The position numbers and the translations under genes were made by a program. DNA of 36,961 nucleotides, taken from positions 1-36,961 of the forward strand of contig JACPAO010000024.1 of the NCBI GenBank assembly GCA_016180755.1, given 5' to 3'. The DNA is from Methanobacteriota archaeon (GTDB lineage Archaea > Thermoplasmatota > E2 > JACPAO01). The notes under the pieces were generated by a model, which worked only from the letters and a program-made list of their open reading frames with translations, searched no databases and was not told the origin of the DNA. Of the stretch, positions 23,310 through 31,880 are shown piece by piece; the first letter of the stretch is position 1, and each line of letters starts with the position of its first letter.

Positions 23310-24566
23310 ATGAGCGGCTACACTATTTCTCAGAAGATTCTTGCCAGGAATTCTTCGAAATCCTCAGTCATGCCTGGCGAAATCGTAGAGGCGACCGTGG
23401 ACCTTGCGATGAGCCACGACAACGCGCTCCTCGTTTCCAAGAAATTCAAGGAGATCGGCGTCCCGCAGATCTGGAACGCGGACAAGGTCGTCATCCCCTT
23501 CGACCATCGGACGCCCGCGCCGACGATCGAGGTCGCCAACGGCCACGCGCAAGTGCGGTCGTTCATCCGGCAGGTCGGAATCAAGAACTTCTACGACGTC
23601 GGGGTGGGGATCTGCCACCAGGTCCTCCCGGAGAAGGGCCACATCAAGCCCGGCATGCTTGTGGTCGGCACCGACAGCCACACGACCACGTACGGCGCCT
23701 TCGGCGCGTTCGCCACCGGGATCGGCGCGACCGAGATGGCCGGCGTCTGGGCGACGGGTCGGTTGTGGTTCCGCGTGCCCGAGACGTTCCGCTTCGAGAT
23801 CCAAGGGCCTCTGCCGCGCCAGGTCTACGCCAAAGACCTCATCCTTCACGTCATCGGCCAACAGACGCTCGACGGATGCGACTACCGCGCCGTCGAGTTC
23901 TACGGCAGCGCCATCGACGGGCTCACGGCGGACTCGCGCATGACCATCGCGAACCTCTCGATGGAGATGGGCGCCAAGGTCGGGCTCCTGCCGGTCGACC
24001 AGCACGCGCTTGACTATCTGTCGCTCCACGCCAGGGGGCCGTTTGAGCCCGTCGTCGCCGACGAGGACGCCCCGTACGAGAAGGAGTTCCACCTCGATGC
24101 GCGCGACATGGAGCCGCAGGTCGCCTGCCCCCACAGCGTCGACAACGTGAAACCCATCACGGACGTCGAGGGCGTACCCATCGACCAGATCTTCATCGGC
24201 ACATGCACCAACGGCCGGTACGAGGACTTCAAGGCCGCCGCGGATATCCTGCGCGGGGAAAAGATCGCAAGCCGAACCCGCATGCTCATGATCCCGGCGT
24301 CTCGTGACGTCTTCCTCGAATGCCTGCAGAAAGGCATCGTCACGGACCTCACCGAGGCGGGCGTCACCGTCGAGAGCCCCGGCTGCGGTCCCTGCCTCGG
24401 CGCGCACCAGGGCGTCCTCGGCGACGGAGAGAAATGCTTCTCGACGACGAACCGCAACTTCCGCGGACGCATGGGCCACATCAACAGCGAGGTCTACCTC
24501 GGAAGCCCCGCCGCCGCCGCCTCGACCGCGCTCTACGGCGAGATCACCGATCCCCGGAGGGTCTAG
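23310..24566 (+). CDS. leuC: 3-isopropylmalate dehydratase / homoaconitase large subunit (archaeal short aconitase-family type)
   Basis: 418 aa. Motifs: DLAMSHDN, GICHQVLPEKG, VVGTDSHTTTYGAFGAFATGIG, SMEMGAK, GTCTNGR, GCGPCLG and NRNFRGRMG. The last three carry the Fe-S cluster Cys ligands. The sequence alone cannot separate IPM from homoaconitase specificity. Confidence 0.85.
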   Translation: MSGYTISQKILARNSSKSSVMPGEIVEATVDLAMSHDNALLVSKKFKEIGVPQIWNADKVVIPFDHRTPAPTIEVANGHAQVRSFIRQVGIKNFYDVGVGICHQVLPEKGHIKPGMLVVGTDSHTTTYGAFGAFATGIGATEMAGVWATGRLWFRVPETFRFEIQGPLPRQVYAKDLILHVIGQQTLDGCDYRAVEFYGSAIDGLTADSRMTIANLSMEMGAKVGLLPVDQHALDYLSLHARGPFEPVVADEDAPYEKEFHLDARDMEPQVACPHSVDNVKPITDVEGVPIDQIFIGTCTNGRYEDFKAAADILRGEKIASRTRMLMIPASRDVFLECLQKGIVTDLTEAGVTVESPGCGPCLGAHQGVLGDGEKCFSTTNRNFRGRMGHINSEVYLGSPAAAASTALYGEITDPRRV

Positions 24567-24567
24567 C

Positions 24568-25059
24568 GTGTCGCGCGCATGGACGTACGGGGACAACGTC
24601 AACACGGACGTGCTCTACCCGGGCCGCCACCTCGCGAACATCGACCCCAAGTACCAGGCGGCCCACGCCCTCGAGGACCTCGACCCGGGTTTTGCGAAGA
24701 CCGTCCAGGCGGGCGACGTCGTCGTCGGGGGCAAGTTCTTCGGCTGCGGATCGAGCCGCGAACAGGCCGTCACGTGCCTCAAGTACGCCGGCGTGCCCTT
24801 CGTGATCGCCGCGAGCTTCGCACGCATCTACTACCGCAACGCCATCAACAACGGCCTCCCGCCCCTCGTGAGCCCCGAGGCGAGCGCCAAGATCCAGTCC
24901 GGGGACGACGTGACCGTCGACCTCGAAGCCGGGCTCATCCGAAACCGCACCCGCAACGAGACGTACCGGTTCGAAGCCTTCCCTGAATTCCTCCAGCGGC
25001 TTCTTGCCGCAGGCGGCCTCATCCCGTATCTGCGGCAACAGGTCCTTGTGAAGCAATGA
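24568..25059 (+). CDS. leuD: 3-isopropylmalate dehydratase / homoaconitase small subunit
   Basis: 163 aa from GTG 24568, 1 nt after the leuC stop. Motifs: GDNVNTDVLYPG, GKFFGCGSSREQAV, LKYAGVPFVIAASFARIYYRNAINNGL. The upstream part of the 251-aa track ORF overlaps leuC. Confidence 0.85.
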   Translation: MSRAWTYGDNVNTDVLYPGRHLANIDPKYQAAHALEDLDPGFAKTVQAGDVVVGGKFFGCGSSREQAVTCLKYAGVPFVIAASFARIYYRNAINNGLPPLVSPEASAKIQSGDDVTVDLEAGLIRNRTRNETYRFEAFPEFLQRLLAAGGLIPYLRQQVLVKQ

Positions 25060-26210
25060 CGCGGGTCGCATTCCTGCCCGGCGACGGCATCGGGCGCGAG
25101 GTCCTTCCGGCGGCTCGCAGGGTCCTCGAGGCGGCAGGATTCAAGCCAGAATGGGTCGAACTTCCCGTCGGCTGGGACGAGTGGCGACGCAGCGGCGACG
25201 CCTTGCCCGCGACGACACTCGCAGCGATGCGGAAGACCGACGCCGCGTTCTTCGGCGCCATCACCTCGAAGGGCCCGGCCGAGGCGGAACGAGAACTCGA
25301 CCCGAGCCTTCGCGGCAAGGGGATCCGCTACGCCAGCCCCATCCTTCGCCTCCGCAAGGCGTTCGACCTGGCGACCAACATCCGACCCACCCAGACCTTC
25401 GAAGGGAACCCGAACAACATCCGCGGCGCCATCGACATGGTCATCTTCCGCGAGAACACGGAGGACGTTTACGCCGAAGTCGAGGCGCACCCCACGCCCT
25501 CCGAGCTCATCGAAGCGTGGCGGAAGGCGGGCGCGCGAAGCGAAGACCTGCCTGCGGCCGGCGCCGACACGGCGATGACCGCGCGCGTGATCACGCGACG
25601 CCGCACCGAGTCCATTGTCCGTGCGGCCTTCGACTACGCCGCCAAGAACAACCGGCGGCGCGTCACGCTCCTCGAGAAGGCGAACGTCATGCGAAAGACC
25701 GGGGGCCTCGTGCAGGAAATCTTCCGCAAGGTGGCCACGGAACATCCCCGGCTCGAGACCGAAGAACTGCAGATCGACGCTGCCTGCGCCCTCTGCGTCC
25801 GCGACCCCCGCCGCTTCGACGTCGTCGTGGCCACGAACCTCTTCGGCGACATCTTCAGCGACCTAGCGGCCGAAATCGCCGGCGGTCTAGGCCTCGCGCC
25901 ATCGGCAAACATCGGCGCCAAGTACGCCCTCTTCGAGCCCGTCCATGGGTCGGCGCCCGACATCGCGGGGAAGGGCGTCGCGAATCCGGTGGCCGCCATC
26001 CTCACGGGGGCGCTGCTTGCGCGCCACCTGGGTGACCCTGGCGTCGCGCATCGCGTCGAAGCAGCCGTGGCGGCGTGGTTCAAAACGGGGCCCCTGACGG
26101 CGGACCTGGGCGGGGGCGCCAGCACGGATGACGTGACCGAGAAGATCGCAACGAGCCTTGGCCGGCGGGCAAACACGGCTACCAATGTCGTGAAAAATCG
26201 CCGTGGCTGA
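25056..26210 (+). CDS. Isopropylmalate / homoisocitrate / isocitrate dehydrogenase family protein
   Basis: 384 aa with an ATGA overlap onto the small dehydratase subunit. Motifs: LPGDGIGREV, LRLRKAFDLATNIRP, VIFRENTEDVY, NLFGDIFSDLAAEIAGGLGLAPSANIG, EPVHGSAPDIAGKG.ANP. It is longer than a typical archaeal IPMDH because of internal insertions. Confidence 0.85.
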   Translation: MTRVAFLPGDGIGREVLPAARRVLEAAGFKPEWVELPVGWDEWRRSGDALPATTLAAMRKTDAAFFGAITSKGPAEAERELDPSLRGKGIRYASPILRLRKAFDLATNIRPTQTFEGNPNNIRGAIDMVIFRENTEDVYAEVEAHPTPSELIEAWRKAGARSEDLPAAGADTAMTARVITRRRTESIVRAAFDYAAKNNRRRVTLLEKANVMRKTGGLVQEIFRKVATEHPRLETEELQIDAACALCVRDPRRFDVVVATNLFGDIFSDLAAEIAGGLGLAPSANIGAKYALFEPVHGSAPDIAGKGVANPVAAILTGALLARHLGDPGVAHRVEAAVAAWFKTGPLTADLGGGASTDDVTEKIATSLGRRANTATNVVKNRRG

Positions 26211-26252
26211 ACGGGCGCCGTGGCTTCGCACCTCAAAATACTCGGGCGCCGA

Positions 26253-26405
26253 ATGCTTGTGTGGTTCGTGGCGCTTGCAAGCGGAGTGCAAACGTTGACG
26301 CAGACGGCGGAATCGCTCTATTTCGGGCACTATGTCGTTGGGTCCTGCTGGTTCGCTGCCACGATACTGCTCATCGTCTTGGCCGTGAACATCGAAAAGC
26401 GTTAA
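26253..26405 (+). CDS. Small two-TM membrane protein, cassette copy A, gene 1
   Basis: 50 aa from ATG 26253 (the track starts at GTG 26220). MLVWFVALASGVQTLTQTAESLYFGHYVVGSCWFAATILLIVLAVNIEKR aligns without gaps to the protein at 34889-35059, with 20 of 50 identities counted by hand. Confidence 0.6.
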   Translation: MLVWFVALASGVQTLTQTAESLYFGHYVVGSCWFAATILLIVLAVNIEKR

Positions 26406-26420
26406 GGCGTTCGTGGAGGA

Positions 26421-26537
26421 ATGAATATTCGGCCCATGTACCCGTTCAACGACCATCCAGCGCTCGTTGTCATGAGACTCATCGGTTTTTCGTTCATTGT
26501 GATCGGGGCGCTTGCCTTCGCCATTGCCCTCACTTAG
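26421..26537 (+). CDS. Small one-TM membrane protein, cassette copy A, gene 2
   Basis: 38 aa, below the ORF-track cutoff. ATG 26421 is directly preceded by GGAGGA. MNIRPMYPFNDHPALVVMRLIGFSFIVIGALAFAIALT shares the YPFxxHPALVxxRL motif with the ORF at 35069-35185. Confidence 0.5.
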   Translation: MNIRPMYPFNDHPALVVMRLIGFSFIVIGALAFAIALT

Positions 26538-26649
26538 CGGCCTCCAGGCCGCGCTGACACGTTTGAGTCCCGGCGACCCCGTCCATGACACAACCTGGAC
26601 GGCCCGTTACGGCAACGCTTATGACGCACCGGGGGTGCTCGTTCGACCC

Positions 26650-28089
26650 GTGAAGAAGCTCCACGTCGCCCTACTCCTCAGTGTGCTCCTTCTGTCCGCT
26701 GGCTGCATCGACGTCAGTGACGGGAACGGCTCCACCAAGAAGGTCGCCGGCGGCAAAGCCGGCGAGAAGCCGCCCGGCGTGCCCTCGCCGATCACAAAGG
26801 TGACGGCCCTCGCTGAGAAGGTCCTCGTGAGCCCCGCCGGCCACCGCATGGCCGAATTCATGGTCGCACGGAACCCCCTCGACGCGAACCATCTGATCCT
26901 CGCGGCCCACGACTACGACCATCTCGGCACGGGCACGATGTCCTGTGTCCTCTACGTCTCCAAGGACGGGGGGGCAAGCTGGAAGCAGAGCAACCCCATC
27001 CCCGGCCTCAACCGGCCGCATCTCCAGTTCGACGGTTGGGTGAGCTTCGACGCGAAGGGCGTCGCCCATTTCGTCTGCCTCGACTACGACCGGTTCAACC
27101 CGGCCCCCCAGACCTGGGCCTACTACTCCAACAGCGCGGACGGCGGCCTGACGTGGGCGCCCGCGACAGTCGTGCAGCCCATGGGCGGCTGCGACAAGAC
27201 GAGCCTCCATGCGGCGCGCGACGGGCGCGTCTACCTCGTGTGCTCGAGCCGGATCGCCCGCACGGACGACGGTGGCAAGACCTGGTTGCCAACCGTGCCG
27301 GCCGACGGCGGCGGCGCCAACGGCTTCGTGGAAGACGACATGGGCACGCTCTACGTGATGACGCGCGGCGGCGTCAGCCGCAGCTTCGACCGCGGCGACA
27401 CCTGGAAGCGCGTGCCGGTCGGCCCCTTCCGGGTCCCCACCGGCTACGACGACACGACCCGGTGGGTGCGGCAAGAACCGTGGACCACGCTCCCGAGCCT
27501 TGCGATCAGCCCCGTCACCCAGCACGTCTTCGTGGCGCAGCAGAGCTGGACGACCGCCAAGAACGCGTTCGAGGCCACCGTCTACGCGAGCGACAACGGC
27601 GGCAACAACTACACCGCCGCGAGCGTCCCCCAATTCAAGTCCGCAACCTGCGACGGCTGCAGCGTCACCAAGCCGAGCGTCCACGTGGACGACGCGGGTC
27701 GGGTCGGCCTCCTCGTCCAACTCGTAAACGACGGTGGCCACGTGAAGGAGGTCATGTTCACCGCGAGCTCCGACGAAGGGAAGACCTGGGTGGAGCCCGT
27801 CGTGCTGTCGAAGACCGCACCGCCCAACGGCTGGGCGAACCCGCGCACCTTCACGCCCAACGTCGCCGGCGCGGCGACCCTCGCGACGCACGTGGCGAGC
27901 AACCCCACCGACGCCCCGAACGTCGCGGTCGGTGTCGCTCTGACCACCGCCGTGCAGGAACTCCAGATGCGCTGGAACGGCGAATACTGGGGCGTCAGCA
28001 GCTCGCCCAACGGCTTCGTCGTGCCCTGGATCGACCACTCGAGCAACGGCGTGCCGCAGGTCTTCTCGCGGCTCGTCGCGGCGGAGTGA
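26650..28089 (+). CDS. Lipobox-bearing BNR/Asp-box repeat (sialidase-like beta-propeller) protein
   Basis: The start is GTG 26650 or GTG 26635. Signal (M)KKLHVALLLSVLLLSAGC. Asp-box repeats: SKDGGASW, SADGGLTW, TDDGGKTW, SFDRGDTW, SDNGGNNY, SSDEGKTW. Confidence 0.8.
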   Translation: MKKLHVALLLSVLLLSAGCIDVSDGNGSTKKVAGGKAGEKPPGVPSPITKVTALAEKVLVSPAGHRMAEFMVARNPLDANHLILAAHDYDHLGTGTMSCVLYVSKDGGASWKQSNPIPGLNRPHLQFDGWVSFDAKGVAHFVCLDYDRFNPAPQTWAYYSNSADGGLTWAPATVVQPMGGCDKTSLHAARDGRVYLVCSSRIARTDDGGKTWLPTVPADGGGANGFVEDDMGTLYVMTRGGVSRSFDRGDTWKRVPVGPFRVPTGYDDTTRWVRQEPWTTLPSLAISPVTQHVFVAQQSWTTAKNAFEATVYASDNGGNNYTAASVPQFKSATCDGCSVTKPSVHVDDAGRVGLLVQLVNDGGHVKEVMFTASSDEGKTWVEPVVLSKTAPPNGWANPRTFTPNVAGAATLATHVASNPTDAPNVAVGVALTTAVQELQMRWNGEYWGVSSSPNGFVVPWIDHSSNGVPQVFSRLVAAE

Positions 28090-28096
28090 TGGCCCC

Positions 28097-29509
28097 GTGT
28101 CCGTTGCCCGCGACGTCCTCATCGCCGCCGCCCTCCTAGGGGGCGTCCTCGCCGGCTGCGTCCAGGCCCCGAGCGGTCCTGCCGGCACGGAGCCGGGACC
28201 GGTGGCGGGCCCCTTCGGAGAGGTCACCGCGCAGCGCCTCGAGGCGCCGACGAGGGACTTCTCCAAGGTCATCAGCCCCGACCACGGCCTGCAGACATCG
28301 GCCGGCCACCACCTTCGCGAACTCCACACCGACAGCTTCGGCATCGAACTCGTCGGTTACACGCCGCTTACCGAACTCATGGGCGGCGAACCGCCCACGG
28401 CCCAGGACACCGGGTACATCGCCATGGACACGTGGCAGAACTACGTGTGCATCGCCAAGTTCGCCGGCACGGGCGGCTTCGTGATCGCCGACATCAAGGA
28501 CCCGGCCAAGCCCAAAGTCGTCTCGAGCGCGCACTCGGGCTTCGTCGACTCCGACTGCCAGTTCACCGACGACGGCGACTACCTCATCCTCGCGACCATC
28601 GCGGGCGCGACGGACGGCGTCCCCGGAGCGCCGCCCCCCGTCGGCGACGCGGCCGCGAAGGGCCTCGAGGTCTACGACGTCAAGGACAAGACGAAACCGC
28701 GCCTCCTGTATCGCGACCAGCAGCGGAGCGAGATCAACTCCTACCACAACGTCTACACCGCCAAGATCAACGGCACGAACTACGTGTTCCAGATGTACGC
28801 CGCGAACGTGTTCGCGATCGACGCGAACGCCAACCAGATGCGTTGGGTGTCCAAGATGCCCCGCGCCCAGCACGACATGTGGGTCGGCCAGCACCCCGTG
28901 ACCGGCGAATGGATCGCCATCACGGGCCACAACCGCGGCATCATGGTCATCAAGGTCGACGACCCGGCGAACCCCGTCGAGTTGGGCAGCTGGCAGGTCC
29001 AGGGCGAGGAGAAGCTCGAGGGCTGGCACCGGCAATGGCCGATCCAGCAGACGGTCGACGGCCGCGCCTACGTCCTCGTGGGCGGCGAGGAGCCCGAGGA
29101 CCTCTCGATCCCGCACGTCGTCGTCGACTTCACGGATCCCGCGAACATGTTCACGGCGGGCCAATGGGACCTTCCAGGGAAGCCCGTGAGCGCGGGCGGC
29201 AAGGCGAACTTCTACACGTTCAGCCCGCACGAGTTCGAGGTCTGGGACGGCTACGCCGTCATGGGCCTGTACCACGCCGGGGTGTGGCTCATCGACATCG
29301 GGACGCCGGAACGCGCCGCGAAGCCCGTGACGCTCGGTTTCTACTACCCCCACGAGACCCCGCAGCTCAAGGGCGGGACGACGAACCATCCGTTCCTGTT
29401 CAACCCCGACGTGTGGGGCGCGTACTTCGACGAGCGCGGCTACATCGTGACCGCCGACTGGGGCTCCGGGCTGTACGTGCTCAAGTTCGGCGCGACCAAG
29501 ACTGTCTAA
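28097..29509 (+). CDS. Lipobox-bearing LVIVD-repeat beta-propeller protein
   Basis: 470 aa with a GTG start 7 nt after the upstream stop. Signal (M)SVARDVLIAAALLGGVLAGC. LVIVD-type repeats: GGFVIADIKDPAKPKVV, GLEVYDVKDKTKPRLL, GIMVIKVDDPANPVELG, GVWLIDIGTPERAAKPV, GLYVLKF. Confidence 0.8.
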   Translation: MSVARDVLIAAALLGGVLAGCVQAPSGPAGTEPGPVAGPFGEVTAQRLEAPTRDFSKVISPDHGLQTSAGHHLRELHTDSFGIELVGYTPLTELMGGEPPTAQDTGYIAMDTWQNYVCIAKFAGTGGFVIADIKDPAKPKVVSSAHSGFVDSDCQFTDDGDYLILATIAGATDGVPGAPPPVGDAAAKGLEVYDVKDKTKPRLLYRDQQRSEINSYHNVYTAKINGTNYVFQMYAANVFAIDANANQMRWVSKMPRAQHDMWVGQHPVTGEWIAITGHNRGIMVIKVDDPANPVELGSWQVQGEEKLEGWHRQWPIQQTVDGRAYVLVGGEEPEDLSIPHVVVDFTDPANMFTAGQWDLPGKPVSAGGKANFYTFSPHEFEVWDGYAVMGLYHAGVWLIDIGTPERAAKPVTLGFYYPHETPQLKGGTTNHPFLFNPDVWGAYFDERGYIVTADWGSGLYVLKFGATKTV

Positions 29510-29524
29510 GTCCGCGCGCGGGCG

Positions 29525-30940
29525 TCAACCGAGGCCGATGAGGCTCCGGAACGCCCACTTCGTCCCCGCGGGGCCGCCGCGCCCGTCCTCCCACACCGCG
29601 AGGACGCCGTCCGGGGTCCGCACGAGGTCGTTGTAGTCGCCCGGGTTGTGAAGCGGGCTGAAACCCGATGAGAGCCGCACGTCCGCGAACGTCACGGCCC
29701 CGTCCGTGGACCGGGCGAGCCGCATCTCGTAAGGCGACCAGCGCTCGAGCTTTCGCCAGGAGGGGTAGAGCACCGAGATGTTCCCGTCGGGCTCCACGAG
29801 AAGCCGCGCCATCGTCTCGTCGCGGCCGTTCCCCTGAGGGATGGTCGGGACTCGCGTGGGCGGCGACCAGGTCGTGGCGTTGTCCGTCGAGACGAGTAAG
29901 TAGAGGTCGCGGTCGCCCAGGCTGAGGTCGTCGTAGAGGACGTAGACGGTCCCGTGGCGCGGTCCTCCGCTCAAGTCGACGCCCGTCCAGGGGCGCGTGA
30001 GGTTGTCGGAGTTCACGGGCGCGTTCGAGGGTCGGGCCAGGGCCGGGCCGATCTTCCGCGGGGCCGTGAAGGTGCCTGCGCCGTCCGACGACGTGACCTG
30101 GTAGAGAGCATTGGAGCGGCTTTCCCACCAGATCGCGTGGAGCTTTCCATCGAGGGTCTCGAACGCCTCCACGCCCACGGCGTAGATGGAATCAAGGTCG
30201 CCGAACGCCTCTTGCGTGAGTGCGACCGGCCTCGACCAGGACCGGCCGCCGTCGCGAGACGTCGTCCAGAACGGGAGCCCGATCGTCGGCGGCACCCCAT
30301 CGTCCCGGCCGACGAGGTCGGCCGCCCACACGACGTGCAGCACGTCGCGTGCGCGCTCCTCCAGGATGTTGGCCTTCCCGTTGTAGTAGACCATGTAGGG
30401 GGCCGGGATCATCTGCGCCCCGTCGACGAAGTTGAACGCGGAGCGGGAGATCACGTGGACGCTCGAGGGCTTCGTCGCGTCGCGGTCGAAGCGCGCCACG
30501 AACTGGGTCACGTCCTGCGCGTTGAGCATGACGCCCAGGTAGAGGAGCGTCCCGTCGCGCGCCTGCAGGAGCACGGGATCCGACGTGAGGCGGGCGCCGA
30601 GGAAAGGGCAGCCCACGTCCGAGGGAGCCGGCGTCGCGGGGTCGCCGCAGAAGGGGTACGTCCGCCACGTGCGGCCGCCGTCGCTGCTCTTTGCGAGGGC
30701 TAGCCATGAGGGGAAGTTGGAGTCCTGCCGCGGGATCACGTAAGCGGCCGTGACCTTGGACGGGTCGTCGCGGTCGGCGACCATGTCGAACTCCCGTCCT
30801 TGGGTCTCGCGGAAGGCGGCCTCATCGGGACCCGGCACGAGGATGGAGGGAACCGTCGCCCCCGCGTCGAGGTCGTTTCCGGGCGAGACGCAGGCGGAGG
30901 CCACGGCAGCAAGCGCGACGGCGAGTAGGCCTCGCCGCAT
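29525..30940 (-). CDS. Lipobox-bearing BNR/Asp-box repeat (sialidase-like) protein, second copy of the fold
   Basis: 471 aa from ATG 30938-30940, which shares one base with the upstream stop (TGATG). Signal MRRGLLAVALAAVASAC. Asp-boxes: SSDGGRTW, SRDGGRSW, SSDGAGTF, STDNATTW, STDGAVTF. The upstream 139 codons of the 610-aa track ORF overlap the preceding gene. Confidence 0.8.
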   Translation of the reverse strand: MRRGLLAVALAAVASACVSPGNDLDAGATVPSILVPGPDEAAFRETQGREFDMVADRDDPSKVTAAYVIPRQDSNFPSWLALAKSSDGGRTWRTYPFCGDPATPAPSDVGCPFLGARLTSDPVLLQARDGTLLYLGVMLNAQDVTQFVARFDRDATKPSSVHVISRSAFNFVDGAQMIPAPYMVYYNGKANILEERARDVLHVVWAADLVGRDDGVPPTIGLPFWTTSRDGGRSWSRPVALTQEAFGDLDSIYAVGVEAFETLDGKLHAIWWESRSNALYQVTSSDGAGTFTAPRKIGPALARPSNAPVNSDNLTRPWTGVDLSGGPRHGTVYVLYDDLSLGDRDLYLLVSTDNATTWSPPTRVPTIPQGNGRDETMARLLVEPDGNISVLYPSWRKLERWSPYEMRLARSTDGAVTFADVRLSSGFSPLHNPGDYNDLVRTPDGVLAVWEDGRGGPAGTKWAFRSLIGLG

Positions 30941-31830
30941 CACGCCGGGGGCCGTCCCTGGTAGTCCGCGGTGCAGGGAAGGATGTAGCAGACGGTGATG
31001 TAGAGGTCGAAGTTCTGCTGGGCGGTGACCGGTACCCGGGCGCTCGTGCCGTCGAAGTGGCCGTCGCCCAAGTCGACCTCGAAGACGGGCACGGTCTTGA
31101 ACGGGAGGTCCGTGCGCCGCATGACGAGCGGAGAGGCGCCCTGCGTCCGCGTCGCGTACGGGTTCGAGCCCACGAACTGGATGCAGTTCATGTAGTTCGT
31201 CGAGTCGTCCTTGTCGCTGCAGAGCCACATCTGCAGTCGCTGCCCGAGCCCGGAGGGACCTGGCTGCCACACCGCCTCGAGCACGACCTCCGAGGCGTTG
31301 CGCTTCGGGTCGATGCTCAGTTGGAACTGGGACTGCTCGTTCGCCTGGTTGCGGCACATGTTGTACGAATAGAAGCCTCCGCCGTTGGCCGGCGTCGAGA
31401 AGCTGCAGTTGATGAACCCCTTCTTCTGCACGAGTTCCGGGATGGGGCGCGCGACGACGATGCGCGTGAGCACGGTCGTCACCTTCACGGATTCATCCGC
31501 GAAGACGACGACCTTCGTCGACGCCGGATGGAAGCCGAAGGCGGACACGTTGACGTGGAAGATCCCCGGCTCGAGTTTCGAGAAGGCGTACGTCCCGTCC
31601 TCCGCGGACGACATCTTTCCCACGTCGGCGCCTGCGGCCGTGTGCAGGCTGACGTTGGCCTTCGCGACCGGGACCTGCTCGTCGTCGACGAGGAGGCCGT
31701 CGATACCGCCCGTTTCCGGCGTGTGCGTCGCCTGAGGCGCGGTCGACTTGGTCGCCGGCTCGGAACCGCTGCAGCCCGCCAAGAGGAGCAGAGTTACAGC
31801 CGCGACCGCGAGCGTGGGAATGCGCGACAT
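30940..31830 (-). CDS. Lipobox-bearing CarboxypepD_reg-domain protein, paralogue a of 3
   Basis: 296 aa from ATG 31830, with GAGGA 7 nt upstream (the track starts at ATG 31854). Signal MSRIPTLAVAAVTLLLLAGC. The regulatory-domain pattern is IDGLLVDDEQVPVAKANVSL..AEDGTYAFSKLEPGIFHVNVSAFGF. A shared C-terminal domain ends in DLYITVCY. Confidence 0.75.
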   Translation of the reverse strand: MSRIPTLAVAAVTLLLLAGCSGSEPATKSTAPQATHTPETGGIDGLLVDDEQVPVAKANVSLHTAAGADVGKMSSAEDGTYAFSKLEPGIFHVNVSAFGFHPASTKVVVFADESVKVTTVLTRIVVARPIPELVQKKGFINCSFSTPANGGGFYSYNMCRNQANEQSQFQLSIDPKRNASEVVLEAVWQPGPSGLGQRLQMWLCSDKDDSTNYMNCIQFVGSNPYATRTQGASPLVMRRTDLPFKTVPVFEVDLGDGHFDGTSARVPVTAQQNFDLYITVCYILPCTADYQGRPPA

Positions 31831-31880
31831 ATGGGAGTCCTCGGCGCCGGCCATGGTCAGAGTACGGGCTTATCTAGGTT

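Noticed and set aside
26671-29389. Minus-strand ORFs of 557 aa and 417 aa antisense to the BNR and LVIVD genes. The same applies to similar antisense ORFs at 23364..24605, 24831..25745, 31057..32022 and 33933..34952.
   Set aside because: They show shadow-frame composition (Arg/Gly/Asp/Val/His-rich). The opposite strand encodes proteins with repeated diagnostic motifs.
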